Assembly (NCBI GenBank): GCA_013265495.1
Contig: MU058449.1
Span: 544,176-608,175 of the forward strand
Direction: 5' to 3'
From: Vicugna vicugna
Lineage: Eukaryota
Length of the DNA: 64,000 bases
The position numbers were made by a program, and so were the translations under genes. This document shows, in pieces, positions 49,237-62,250 of this stretch (the first letter of the stretch is position 1; the number at the start of each line of letters is the position of its first letter). The notes beneath the pieces were generated by a model. It ran no database searches and was not told the DNA's origin. It was given only the letters and a program-made list of their open reading frames with translations.

Positions 49237-51689
49237 AGGTATGGGGAAAATGAGGCAGGGTCAGCCAGGGTCAGGGAATAAAAAATACTTTTTGAAGCAA
49301 GGTATTGTGGATGTTACATTCTTTTTTTTCTTAATCATCCTTCTGGTCAGTACAATACATGGACTGGGTATTGAGTTTTGCAAGCTTAGGACTGACATGG
49401 ACATTGACAGGTGTGTGTAGGATAGTTCTATAATATGATTAGAATCATAAATCAATACAAGGATATGAAATTTTAGTTACACTGTTTACTAGGATAAATA
49501 CACATGGAAGTAGCAGTTGCTCCCTCTTATAAATAATGAATATCAGAGTAGCTGGAGGTTAAGGACGTAACCCGAAACCAGTTACTGATTTTCTTTCATG
49601 AAACCTTCAGACATGGTGTATTTGTTGAGGGGACTTCAGTCAAGTTAATGTGAATTCTTGATTTCCCATTTAAGTGAAAAATCTATTGTCAAGTATGAGT
49701 TGGTTAAAGATTTTCTGCCTTTGCTCTTTTCTTAACAATCTAATCTGGACAATCAGTAATTCTCGTTTACTTTAGAGCTCTAATAGCCTTGAATCATGAT
49801 AATAAGCTCTCTCATGCCTTCTTTAAGACAGACCAGGTTTTTTTCTCTACCCTACAACAGGGTTCCAGGTAGTCATAGCTACTAAAAGGAGAACAGAGGG
49901 ACAATTCTCCTATTGGTAAGAAATAGGAATCCTAGTAGCACAGTAATTTTTAAAGCACGAATATTATTGATTAATTGCCCTAAAACATATGTTCTAAAAT
50001 AACAGTTTTCATGCTTGTTTCAATACTTGGTATTTTCATGTTTGGTAGTTGACATTAAATTACATTAAACAAGCTAGTAATAATTTTAAACTAGCAGAAA
50101 AAATGACTGTATATTAAGCAATATAAAATCATATTCATGCAGATATAGTTCCATTTTTTAAAAGATAAATAGCCAACTAAAGATGATTGGCTATCTCAAA
50201 TTATTCCTATAAATTCATTTGTTTCTTGTTCACCTTTTATTTATGGGTATTAAGTAGGGGACAAAGGTATAAAATGTAAAATTTAGAATAAGCTAGCCAG
50301 TCATTCACAATTTGTACTGTGGAAGTCAAAGAAAATTATTGTTAATAAATTTCAATGTTTTACTTCCTAAGTTGAACTCACAAATAGTATTATTGTGTTC
50401 CAAAGAACCATTTTGAAGAAGTTGTTCTCTGATGGCTAAACATTCATGTAGATTTGATGTCCCCAGGTGAGTTTAACTGAGTTCTTGTTGTTCAGTAGCT
50501 GACGTTTTGATGTCCCCTGCTTAATCAGGAAAGGGGGGAACAGCCTTTTGTACCTCCTCCCAATTTGTATTACTCAGTTCCTTCTCGGTGGCCCCTAACA
50601 CTCTCCAATTATGTTATGATTATTAGTTCACATGTCTGTCTCTCTTAGTTGTATTTTATTTCCTAAAATAACTGCATAGAGCAAATTTATTGACATATCA
50701 TCAGTACTTGTTCCGTGCACATAAAGAATATCTGGATAGTAGTCTGACACATTTCCCAACTCCTTTTGAAAAAAAAGCAATCAGAACAACAGAAATAAAA
50801 GCTTTGACAATTCATAATATGATGATAAACTACAAGCACACAAAAGACCATCAGGAGTGATAGAAAACCTATGGCCAAAATCTGTAAAGAGTAACTATCA
50901 TTTTAAGTCAAAGAAGCTGCCCTAAAAACAGTTCATGTTCTGTTTAACCACAAGAAAAAGCAAATACATTGCCATGAAAAACATGAGGAAGAATATTTAT
51001 TCTCTTTTTAGCATTTGCCCTTAACTCAGAAATTAAAATCTTTACAATGGCTCAAGTCATAAGATGTCAATAGATGTCATTTCTCTATCGAAGAGTGAAT
51101 AGGTTTCAAATTTTCTGTTTTCCTCAATTTCCAATCAAGCATACAGTAGCATGTATTTAGGAATTTACCAAAATAATCCTAAAAATAGATTTATAAGAGT
51201 AAACTGGAGAATATAAGATAAAAATAAACAGAAATTATAATAAAGCTCTGTAAGAAAGTGACATTTATTAAACAGGTATAAATTGTGTGTAGTTTGCTTA
51301 ACAAATCAGTGGTAAGAACAAGGAACTATAACAAACACACTACAATATACCATACATGATATGAAAACTTAACATATAATTAAGGAATATCAGACCATGA
51401 TTGAAAATAGATTGATTATTCAAATAATAGTGGTAGAAATAATTAGCACCTATTGAGAAAATATATTTGTGTGTGATCTTTTATCATACACAAAAATGAA
51501 CTAAAATAAATTAAGAATTAAGTACAAAGGAAAATTTTAAATCTACATAAATATAAATAAATAACATTATCTCTGGATGGGAATAATTTACTAAGGAAAT
51601 AGCAAAAATGGAAAAGCGGAAATGAAAAGTGGTATACATTTGTACTGAAAAGCAATTAGGTATATGAATAACATTTAAATAGTTATAAT

Positions 51690-51930
51690 TTAGAAGACAA
51701 TAATGGAATATACTCAGTGTTGACCAGGTACCAGACGTCGGGCTATATATTTACCTGTATTAACCCCACTAATTTTTTGCAAGAATGTAGGAAGATAGAT
51801 TTTATCAGATTGAGAAATTAAAGCTTTGAGAAGTTCGACAACTTTTCCAAGGACACAGAGCTATAGTGTTAGAAACTTGAATCTAACCCAGGCAGTGTGT
51901 TTCCAGAGCCTACAAACTTTTCCACTAAAT
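51690..51930 (-). mobile_element. MIR SINE
   Basis: tttccaaggacacagagcta..aacccaggcagtgtgtttccagagcc. Confidence 0.75.
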
Positions 51931-52854
51931 TTAATAATTCACATTCTAAATGTGATCAAATATGTATTTATAAGAATATATTTTGAGGGTTATTTGCTAT
52001 GATAAAAATACTATAAACTACTGAAATAAATAGTAGGAAATGTAACATAAACCATGATGTACATATAATATTAAATATTATTTACCCATGCAACACAGCA
52101 TCAACAAATAAGTGGTTAAGCACTATATAAGATGCTAAGGATTAAATAAAACATAAATCTTAGGTCCACTATCAAGGAGCATATAGTCTGGAGGTGGAGA
52201 GAAAAAACAGAATTAACTTCACTGAGTAAAGTATGGTAAGTTTAAGCACACATATAAAAAAGCACAAATGAAAAAATGGCAATTTGCCTATTTTATTGAA
52301 GAATCAGAGGAAAGCTTCCTGGAGAAAGTTAAATCTAATGTAAAATATGATTTAATAGAGAATAATGATTAATAACAGGCAAATAAGTAAGATACACATT
52401 CATATGTACACTATTATTTTTGTTATAAATATAAACTGTGTGTGCATATATGTTGGCTTATTAAAAAAGATTAAGGCATAAATCATATGATTCTCATTGA
52501 TAGGATTGTGAATGATTTTTCTGTCTTTTAATACTTTTCTATATTTCTCAATATAGTCACGAAATTTTAATTGTGTATAAATATATATACATATATGACA
52601 TTTATAATCAAAAAACCCTCCAGATATATTAAATGCATTGCTTGAATAACAACAAAGTGCAAAATCATGTCCTAATAGCAATTACTATAAAGTACTCTGA
52701 TGAACATGTTTTTGGCATTGAGCAGGCGATTTTGGCTTTGAGCAGTTGCATTTTTGAGCCAGATATGAAAAGTACATTTGGAGAACTAAAAGATTAACAC
52801 TCATATGGCGCATTGCCTTCAATACTGACCATCATAAAACTGGAAGAATGACTA

Positions 52855-53162
52855 CACATTTCCATAATTACTTATCCAAAACCCTTGGAATTGAATTCAG
52901 AATTTTTTATACTTTAAAAAGATCCTATAACCCTTGAGGAATTATCCTGTATTCTAGCACAACTATATCACTGAAATCAAATGTGTTAATATTCACTCAG
53001 TGGGAAATAAATAATGACCATAAATATAGTCATAGCCGTTCATGTTAGCTTTATTGTTTGCTGCCAATATATTTTCACATCAGATTTGTGAAAATGAAAA
53101 AAAACCCATATTTTTCCAGTTCTTTTTAAATTTATGAATTGTGAATAGCAGTATGGATCTAC
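52855..53162. mobile_element. Tigger-derived MITE (MER46C-like)
   Basis: cttatccaaaacccttgg..gaattcagaattttt and terminal gaattgtgaata..tggatct. The family name is tentative. Confidence 0.45.
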
Positions 53163-55381
53163 AAAGAAAAAATTTTAGAAAGGTCTTCCAAAGAAGCAAT
53201 TAAAAAGCCATGGATATTGTTGAAAACTGGTGAGGGAAATTTTGATGGTTAGATTAGAGTGCAGCCTGGGTTGTATTCTCTGCCATAGATTGGTTGCAGG
53301 CTTAGAGTCTGCTGTAGTGTGATACTCTGTAAGAAAAATTATTTTTTCTTCTCTGTTTCATAGTTCTTCCTTTCTACTGGCCTTTCTTAGCTGCTATATA
53401 AGCCTCCTTTCTTCTCTAGGTGCAGTAATGTCTGGGCTCAAAACCGTAAATGCTGAAAAATATCATTTGGCATTTTATGTCATTTCCTAGAGTCCTCAGA
53501 GAGTACCATGTAACCTCATCTATAACATGTCCAATTTCGTGAGCGTTTTCGCTGCCTCACCCTTATCCTTCCAACCTTTATCTAACTTCACATATTGAAA
53601 TTTATAAATTCTTTTACTTAAGTCTCTTTCCTTAAGATTGTTTTATTCTGGGCTTACTAATAGGCTGCTTGACTAATAAAATTCTTCTATCCTTAATCCT
53701 TTTTCTGCAACAAAGTATTGATGTTCTATGTCTATAGCTAGATGCATCTTTTGACTCTTAAACTTTTACATAATAGTTGTATTTTATTCTGTTGAAGAAG
53801 TTAGAATCAAAGAAACACTTATTAGGCAGCAACATGAGCACAGAGAATTGAAATCTGAAATACTGAATTGTGATATAATGAAATACAAAGACTTCCCACA
53901 AAGTGCATGAGGCCAAGAGAGGTTCTGGTTGTGATACTGGCCTTGGAGGCTCAAAAACTGAGTGTTATTTCCAATTGCAGTACTTTCTGGATGGTCATAC
54001 ATTGGTCTTTCTCCACTTAAAATACTGGCTTCTGCCACACACATGTGTGATGTTTAACCTACCCCAGGGAGATAGCAAAGAACCCAAATATGCTGTATAA
54101 AAGAGAAAATCATACAAATAAGGTTCACAATAAACTGTACGTGGATATTACTGTTAAGGATTAGAGAAAAGGGGATTGGGGCTTAGGCAAAGCAGAGTCA
54201 CAGATTTGTCAGTGCTTGAGCTGAGCATAAAACTGAGGCAAAGAAACCAGAATTTGTGTGTTCCCTGACCACTGGGAATAAGAAGTTGATTTAGGGAGAG
54301 GAGACAGGTGGCTCCGATCAGAGTATCTGCTTGGTCCATGGAGCTCAGATATGAATTTCTGAGGGGAACTGAAATTTCATAACTCTGTGTATGAAATTGA
54401 AGTTAGGAGAAGTCTCCTAATTTCCTGTCAACCCTGTCCTGAGGTTACTTCTTCACAAAATAACTATTGTTAATAGAGGTAATCCAAAGATTTCATATTA
54501 AAAAGCATCAAAATCACTGTACCATTCTATAGTAACAATTACACCAAAAGTTCAAGGAATCTAACAGCTAGGTAAAATATTAACAACTCAAGAAACAGGG
54601 GCAAATGGAGAAAAGGTACAGTCCTGAGGCAGAGTCGACAGTGAAGAGGGGCTCTGGGATCAGAATCAGAACAGGAAGGCTATCTAGGCAATGGGAAAAA
54701 TGATAACAAGCAATGTGTGATCTTATAAATTGGACTCATTGGAGGCATAACAAATAGCGATTAGAACTGGGAAAGTTTCACTTTTGCTTAAGAGGAACAG
54801 GATTAAAGAGAAAGAAAACAGATTCAGGGAGTGTATCCCTAAGGAGGCAGGGCTCTCTAGAGGTGATTCTAGGAAATGAAACCACTGTGGTTTAAATTAC
54901 AGAACTTTAAATTACAAATCTCTATATGTGAGCCCTTGTGCACACGTGTAACTCTTCCGTCTACCAGCTTAGGGAAAAAAGTATCTTCAGTCCCCCCTGG
55001 GAAATTTGACCACAGAAATAAATGATTTTGTTCGGTTGAGTGCAAAAATAAAATTATTGGCATTTGTTTTGGGTCTAAGAATTACCTTTTTTAAAGCAGA
55101 TAATTCAATTGTTTACCTGGAATGAAATGATCTTATTGTGCTTTTAATATGCACAAGTGCTCATGTAATTGTTTTAAATGTTTGAGGGACATATACATAA
55201 TTAATCTGGTTTTGAATTGTTGTTTGTTCACTTGTTTGAACTCTTTGATAAGCTTAGGGGAAAGTCATTTTCATTTTCTTGCTCCTATAATTTAATTGAG
55301 ATTGTCTTAGTAAGGGTGACATGGACACAGATCCCTCTCCTATGTAATTATAATTTATGTGCTGACATAATTTTCTGTTCT

Positions 55382-56365
55382 TCAATCCCACGGTCCTCTA
55401 AGACGCCTCAACTGGCGGCCCCGTGAACCTTTAGAGTGAAGCAGCTGGAGCATGGCCTGGCGAATGGTCTTGGTCTTCAAGCTGTAAATGATAGGGTTCA
55501 GTACAGGTGGTAAGAGCAAGTAAATATTGGCCAAAATGCTACAGATCACCCTTGGAGTGGAGTTAAGGAGGCGGTGTGTAAAGGATAGGCTGATCATTGG
55601 CACATAGAAAACAGTGACAGCACAGATGTGACAGACACAAGTGTTGAGAGCTTTTCGTTGCTTCTTAGGGGCCACGATGCTCAGGATAGTGCGGATAATC
55701 AGGACATAGGAGAAAAGGATGAACAGTAAGTCGGTACCAGTCAGGTAGAGCTGGAGAAACATGCCCAAAAAGCTGCTGAGCCAGGAGTCGGAATATGTGT
55801 ATCTGATTATATCTGGGTGGTAACAAAAAGGATGGGCAAGTTCTTGGCCTCCATGGAAAGCTACACCCTTCAAGGCTAGAACCACAGGAAAGATGTAAAT
55901 TACTTGCCGCATGCAGATGACCAATCCAATCACCATGATTATCCTGTCTTTGAGGACAGTGATATATTTCAGGGGGTTACAGATAGCCATGAAGCGGTCA
56001 AAGGCCATGACTGCAAGCACTGAGGACTCCAGGAAGGAGAAGGCATGTACAAAGAACATTTGAGTGAGGCAGGCTTTAAAACCAATCTCCCGGGCATGAA
56101 ACCAGAGAACTCCAAGCACAGTGGGGAGGGTTGAGATGGCCAGACACAGGTCAGCGGCCGACAGCATGGAGAGGAAGTAGTACATGGGCTTGTGGAGACG
56201 CCGTTCAACAGCGATGACTAACAGGATCGAGCTATTTCCCAAGAGAGCAATGATGTAGAGACAGCAGACAGGGATGGAGATCCAGACGTGAGCAAGTTCC
56301 AGCCCAGGGAATGCAGTGAGGAGGAATGAGGAGGGGGAGACTGTGGTGTTATTGAAAATTGCCAT
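55382..56365 (-). CDS. OR51T1: Olfactory receptor 51T1 (327 aa, intact)
   Basis: ATG at 56365 in strong context (caccATGG), downstream of an acceptor (ctctcttttcAG at 56386-56385). MAIFNNTT, FHGG.EL.HPFCYHP and terminal LRG.WD match recalled human OR51T1. Confidence 0.95.
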   Translation of the reverse strand: MAIFNNTTVSPSSFLLTAFPGLELAHVWISIPVCCLYIIALLGNSSILLVIAVERRLHKPMYYFLSMLSAADLCLAISTLPTVLGVLWFHAREIGFKACLTQMFFVHAFSFLESSVLAVMAFDRFMAICNPLKYITVLKDRIIMVIGLVICMRQVIYIFPVVLALKGVAFHGGQELAHPFCYHPDIIRYTYSDSWLSSFLGMFLQLYLTGTDLLFILFSYVLIIRTILSIVAPKKQRKALNTCVCHICAVTVFYVPMISLSFTHRLLNSTPRVICSILANIYLLLPPVLNPIIYSLKTKTIRQAMLQLLHSKGSRGRQLRRLRGPWD

Positions 56366-57577
56366 GGTGTGCTGAGGACACACCCTGAAAAGAGAGACAA
56401 TTATCATGTTTGTCATATCGATCCTTTTTTCAAGAACTAACTCTTTTTATAAACTCTTTCCAAATTACACAATGTTTCTTGGTATTCAAAATCCCCAATT
56501 TAATTAAGGTAGCTATCACCTAAGTCTATAGTATTTTGAATTTTTCTTGTCAGACCTGGTCCATTTTTCTTCCTCTACCCTATCCCAATTCTAACATTTA
56601 TCTCTCTAGGCTCATCCCCACCCTATTGCCCAGAGTAACTGTCACTCAAAGTAGCAAATGCTTATAGACTTATGCCACACACGTGCACAAACATCAGTAA
56701 AACAACTGCTATTACAACTGTGGGGTCTTTGTATGAAATCTTCAAGCTATGTTATTTGCTTCAGAAATAATGGAGAAGCACTTAAGAGCCACTGGGCACC
56801 TTTGATAGCATCCTTCATAATGCTCTTGCTGGATGGTGGCCTGGGATATTGTATCCAGAAATATCGTTGTACCTGAATCATTAGCGATTCTCTCCCTGTA
56901 GATTCCAGATCCACCCAACTCAAGAACTTAGTGATCCAAAGGTCAGCATCACTGGTTACTGGCATCAGTGAGGCATAGACCCATTCTCTTTATTTACTAA
57001 TCCCCACCCTCTGTTCATTTCTCAACACTGAAATTTATTCTCTCTGCAATCTGGATCCTGCCCTGACAGCTCCAGGCTTATTAACCTGAAACTTCCCCTC
57101 TGCTTCTAAATCTCTGCACCTCTTTATGCTTGGATCTTTCATTTGACACAATAATGAGGCACAGTTGATATTGGTAACTTATATATGCAAGCACCATCTC
57201 CTTTTTCTGCCTGGAGTGTGAGTTCCTTAAAAGTCTGGATGTGCCTGTTTTTCTTCTCTCAGTGCCAGCTACTAAAGAAGGATATGGAATAATAGAAATC
57301 TTCAATTAATGTTAACTGATTTCTGAATGATCTTGGCCACTGGGAGAGAGTTCTGAGTTCTGTCTCTTTTTCTCTTCCTTCCTCTCTTCCATTCCCTCAT
57401 GTCCTCCATCTCCCTGTCTCAATTTCTTCCAGGCTCCTTGGAACCCCTCTATTTCAGGCACTCCTCTATTTCTTCATCCTGCCTTATTGGCAGCCTCTGT
57501 CATTTCATTGCTCTTCTCCTTCCTCACTTTTTAATCCCTTCCCCATCTGTCCCTTTCCATTTATGCACTCTTCTTAC

Positions 57578-57720
57578 CTGCTCACGTCGGCAGGAAATAC
57601 CACCAACTTCTCTGCAATCCCGCCGCAGACCTTGGAGACTAAGCTGGCTCCCAAGAGTGGAGGCTTTATAGAAAGCTTAGTAGAGTCACCAGGCAACAGA
57701 GGGCTATCTTCATTAGAGAG
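57578..57720 (-). promoter_or_regulatory. Candidate OR51T1 promoter and first non-coding exon
   Basis: On the minus strand: TAATGA (57715-57710), TATAAA (57670-57665), O/E-like TCCCAAGAG (57649-57657), donor CAG|GTAAGA (GT at 57577-57576). Confidence 0.5.
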
Positions 57721-58169
57721 TGTGCTGGTTGGATCAAGAGTTATGGCGCCCATAAAAATATGTTCCTCTCCAACAGCTCAGACACATCTCCCTGACACAG
57801 CTTCAGACCTGCTTCCAGGCCCAAGCAGACCCCATACATCAGGGGCTGTAAGCAAAGCCCGGGCCCTGGGGGCTGACAGTAATGGGTATCTTCAAACACT
57901 GCCTGCCTGGGTCAGATAACTACAACCATTCCTCTTCACCCCGCCTTAGGCTACCCATTCTCAGCCAGGGAGGCTTCCTGAATGTCAGAGCAGGATCAGG
58001 AGAGTGCACAGAGTCATCCTTCTGTTCTCAGCTCCAGCATGTACTTTTCCTAACAAGTCTCACTGTCCTCCTTGCCAGTCCCATGTTCCTCCTCCTACCC
58101 AGGAACCCTTCCTAAGAAGCCACCTTATTAATGGAGTCACAGCTGCAGCCTACCTACCCTTGTAAGCGT

Positions 58170-58430
58170 AATTCAACTAGCATTTGATGAACTCATGATG
58201 TGTGCCAAAAATCACACTACACTCTTGAAATACATTGTTGTATTTTGTATATTCATTTATCATCATGCTTATGGGTTAAGTATTGTTATCCATTATTTCA
58301 CAGATGAGGAAATTTAAGCTCAGAATAGTCTTGAATAACTTTACCCTTCGAAAAGTTAGCAAGTTACACAGCTGGTATTCAAGCCTTTACTCTAAAGCTC
58401 TTAATCTTAACCAATATGCTATACCCCCTT
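58170..58430 (-). mobile_element. MIR SINE
   Basis: ccattatttcacagatgaggaaatttaagctcaga. Confidence 0.8.
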
Positions 58431-59409
58431 CCATGGCCAAATGCTTCCACTCATACCTTCAGAAGATGTGGCTGTAACCCATGGTCTTCAATCTATCCAT
58501 CCCATAGAGTGCTTGATTCCCAACTACATGCTCACATTCTGGTTTTAGCCTCATGTGGACCAGAATCCATCTCTCCATACTAGGCAGTAAATTAATAATT
58601 CTTACTGTATCTAATGATCCATGACTTTTTATCCTTCTCAAAACATTTTCCATCCATATTCTCATTATATCCTTATCAGACACACTGAGTAAAGATGCCT
58701 GTCTCAATGAGTATCTAGAGAGATTAAGTAACCAAAAAAGTATGCAGCAAGTAATGTTTAGATTCATATGTAAATACCATCCTTTTCCACTGGTTCTCAT
58801 TAGTGAAAATGAGTGGCTCTGGAAATGTCAAATGAGACTTACTAATATTAAATGAGACAGAAGAGTCAGGAAGTATGAGATCAATCTTGAAAAAATATAG
58901 TTTTCACTCACTCATTACTTCAAGTACATGTAGAGTATCTACCATATCTTCTGAACTATTTTAAGTACAAACTTGGAATAGACTAATGTAATATAAAAAG
59001 TCTCTGTTCTTATGAAGTATATAGAATAGCAGGGAAGACATACTGTTAGGTAACTATAGTATACACACTGTGAGAAACTCTGACATAATAAAGGGCATGT
59101 CAGAAAAGTGTCCTGAATAGAAATAAAGTTGAAATTGAAATCTAAAACTTATATAGAGATCCATATTTTTCCAGCTCAATGAATGCACCATTCTCTCTTT
59201 TCACTTGCTATTTTCTTTTTAATATTCTTCTCTCCTGCTGCTAGCCCATTACACATGCATACCCTATTTTTATAAAATGTCCTCAAAGAACATATAAATA
59301 AATGCAAAAGGCAAAAAAAAAAAAAGTCCTATGTTCAGCATTGAATACCAGAGTGATTATAATGGAACAAAAACAATCTGGGAACTTTTTCTTGAATAAG
59401 TTGTTAAAG

Positions 59410-59760
59410 AATGGTATACAATGGAATACTACTCAGAAATGAAAGTAAACTACCAATACACACAACAATATGGGTGAATCTCAAATGCATTACACTCAGA
59501 AGCCAGACATAGAAAACTACAAATTGCAGGGTCCATGACTCTCTGGAAAAAGAAGTCTAAGCATGGAAACAAATCAGTGCTTCTTGGAGTTGGCGTGAAT
59601 AGAGAGGTTGACTACAAAGCATTAGCATGAGGGAGTTTGGGGGGCTGATGTTATTTTTCTATATCTTTGTGTCAGTGATGGTTATTCTTCATTTGTGAAA
59701 ACTTAAAAGAACTATATACAAAACCAGTGAATTTTATTTCATATAAATGTTGAAAAGTTG
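59410..59760 (+). mobile_element. Old L1M 3' end
   Basis: atacaatggaatactactcag..tgggtgaatctcaaa..agaagccagaca. Confidence 0.8.
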
Positions 59761-59860
59761 TTATGTACTGTTATGAGAAAGTTCATATTTTATCAAGCTA
59801 AGATAAATTATTGCTTTCATCAAAACGATTATGCAATGGCATATCATACCCATTAGATTT

Positions 59861-60069
59861 GTACTGTTCAATACAGTAGCTACTAGCCACGTGTGATGTT
59901 TAAATTTACATTTCAGTTAATTAAAATTAAACTTTAAAAATTCAGTTCCTTGGTTGCACTAGCCAAGTTTCAAGTGCTCAATAGCCACATGAAGCTCTTG
60001 GTTACAATATTAAACAACAGAGATTTGGAACATTTGCATCACTGAAGGAATTTCTATTGGACAGAGCTG
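59861..60069. mobile_element. MER3-like hAT-Charlie MITE
   Basis: gtagctactagccac..aaaattcagttcct..ttcaagtgctcaatagccacat..tctattggacag. Confidence 0.85.
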
Positions 60070-60123
60070 TATTTGATTATCTTTTCTAACTTGACTGTAT
60101 TTGCACAGAAGTTGTAAACGCCG

Positions 60124-61033
60124 TTAGAAGCCAGTCCTGCCTCCACTGAACACTTGGGCAATTAGCTGCTGGATCTCCTTGGTCCTAACACTGTAGACAA
60201 CAGGACTGAGCACAGGAGGTACCAGCAGATAGATGTTGGCCATGACTGTGTGTACTACTGGTGACAAATGCTTCTCCAAGCAGTGACTCAGAGTCATGCC
60301 AATGAGAGGTACATAGAAGAGCAGCAATGCACAGATATGAGAGAGGCAGGTATTGAGAGCCTTGAGTATCTCTTGCCAGGAAGCAATGCCCAATACTGCC
60401 TGGAGGATTAGAAAGTAGAGACCAAAAGGATCAAGGCATCCAGTGCAATGGTGAAGATCACAGCCAGAGGGCATATATTCTATTGATATGGGTGGAGGCA
60501 GTATGCACAGGGAGAGGATGTTGGAGTGGCAGAAAGGTAGGCTTTTGATGAGGAAAGGCACTGGGAGCACAGCTCCCACACTCCGCAGCAGGACAGCTGC
60601 TCCAATCTTGCTGAAGACTCCATGAGTGAAAATGGTAGCACAGTGCAGAAAAAAGTGAATATCCACAAAGCAATCAAAGGCCATGGCCACCAGAACACCT
60701 GATTCCCAAAGGTGTGGGAAAAGAACATTTGAGTGGTGCAGGCATCAAGGGTTACTGAGCGCCAGTTGAACCAGCGGACCCTGATCATGGTGGGCATGGA
60801 AGACGACAAAAGGCTGAGGTAAGTGGCAGCTAGCATAGCCAGAAAATAACACATGAGCTCATGGAAACTTTGCTCAACTTTGATGAAACAAGGATGGTGA
60901 CATTACCCAGAAACGTGAAACCGTAAAGAAGACAGAGGAGCAAGGCCAACCAGAAGTCCTTCTCGGGCATTCCTGGAATCCCAGTCAGCATGTAGATCTA
61001 ATGATTGTCTGCAGTTTGGTTGAATGGCAACAT
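60124..61033 (-). pseudogene. OR51H-like pseudogene (OR51H2P-like by position), heavily decayed
   Basis: ATG at 61033 (MLPFNQT..), TAG at codon 12 (61000-60998), frameshifts near 60890, 60705, 60510, 60465 and 60418, and deletion of the QDxMxLAC segment. Retains GIPG, ESGVLVAMAFD, VPFLIK.LPFCHSN, KALNTCLSH, HLSPVVH. Confidence 0.9.
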
Positions 61034-61352
61034 AGTGGAGTGGAGGTTTGACTAGGGGAAAATAAAAACTCATTAAGTCAAACAGTTTCAATTAGAATCA
61101 GTGACAATAAGTATTGAGATGGTAACCATAAGAAAGAGTGACTTAAACATTATTTTGACACATGTCAGTGTCTGATACAGAAACTGACGCCCCACCCCCA
61201 TAAAGCAGTAATTCTATTACTGACAGTCATATGGTAAAATGTCCAGGAGAATGAAAAAAAAACCTTCAATCCCCTAGAAGGGATATAATTCATGTAGAAA
61301 CATCAAGGAGTTAACTGTCTTGCCTCTGTGCTAAGGAAAAATTTGATGCTAT

Positions 61353-61616
61353 ATGAAACAGAAACAGACTCACAGACTTAGAAAACAAACGTATGGTTAC
61401 CAAGGGGAAAGGTGTGGGGGAAGGGTAAATTGGGAGTATGGGATTTGCAGATACTAACTACTGTTTACACTTACATTAATTAAATGAATTAAAATGTCAG
61501 TACCTTAGCTGCTGTAGCTGTGTTTCAAGTGTTCAGTAGCTACATCAGGCTTGTGACTACTTCCCTGGAAAAATATAGATGTAGAACGTTTCCATTACTT
61601 CAGAAAATTCTATCGA
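61353..61616. mobile_element. L1 3' UTR fragment (+, 61353-~61465) fused to a partial MER3-like element (~61470-61616)
   Basis: gaaacagactcacagacttagaaaacaaac..gatactaactact stops abruptly, followed by ttcaagtgttcagtagctacat..gaacgtttccatt..ttctatcg. Confidence 0.75.
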
Positions 61617-61682
61617 AATTTAAAAATTTGGTCATGCAGACTGCAGATTATAGGATACCAACATTCTAGCTGACCTCTTGAC

Positions 61683-61720
61683 AAATCTTAGACCCAAGTG
61701 GAAATCTTAGACCCAAGTGG
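61683..61720. repeat. Perfect 19-bp tandem duplication
   Basis: aaatcttagacccaagtgg x2. Confidence 0.95.
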
Positions 61721-61819
61721 ATTTGAGGGTTTTTCACTTATATACTGCATAACTTCTGTTTCTCTTTACCATTATGTCTTTGTCTCTCTTCTGGAAATTT
61801 GAATAGGAAAATAGCATTA

Positions 61820-62035
61820 AAACTGAACCCAGCAGAGTGACCACCTGGGTTTGAATCCTAGTTCTATGGCCTTGGACAAGTTACTTAATAATTTCTGTGC
61901 TTTATTCCTCACCTTTTTAAATAAAAATGAAAATAGTAGCTACCATGGGATAGTTAAGAGTACTCATTTCAGATATTCATAGGGCATTTAGTTAACCATC
62001 TGCCGAATAATAAACACAGTAAAGTTTAGCTATAA
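61820..62035 (+). mobile_element. MIR SINE
   Basis: cctgggtttgaatccta..ccttggacaagttacttaa. Confidence 0.8.
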
Positions 62036-62208
62036 TCAATGATCATCTATTATCTATAAACTTTGAAACGTTTGGTTCACTGTGAAAATTCTCTCTCAAA
62101 ATATCGATAGGCCATGAAATTCATTTACATACTGATAATTGTAACTGCCTACCGGTTTATTACTTATACATTTTGATCAAATTCTATATTACCTAAATAT
62201 CTCTGTAC

Positions 62209-62250
62209 ATCAGTGAACACTAAATATCAGTGGACACTAAATATCAGTGG
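62209..62250. repeat. 17-bp tandem repeat, ~2.5 copies
   Basis: atcagtg(a/g)acactaaat x2 plus atcagtgg. Confidence 0.9.
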
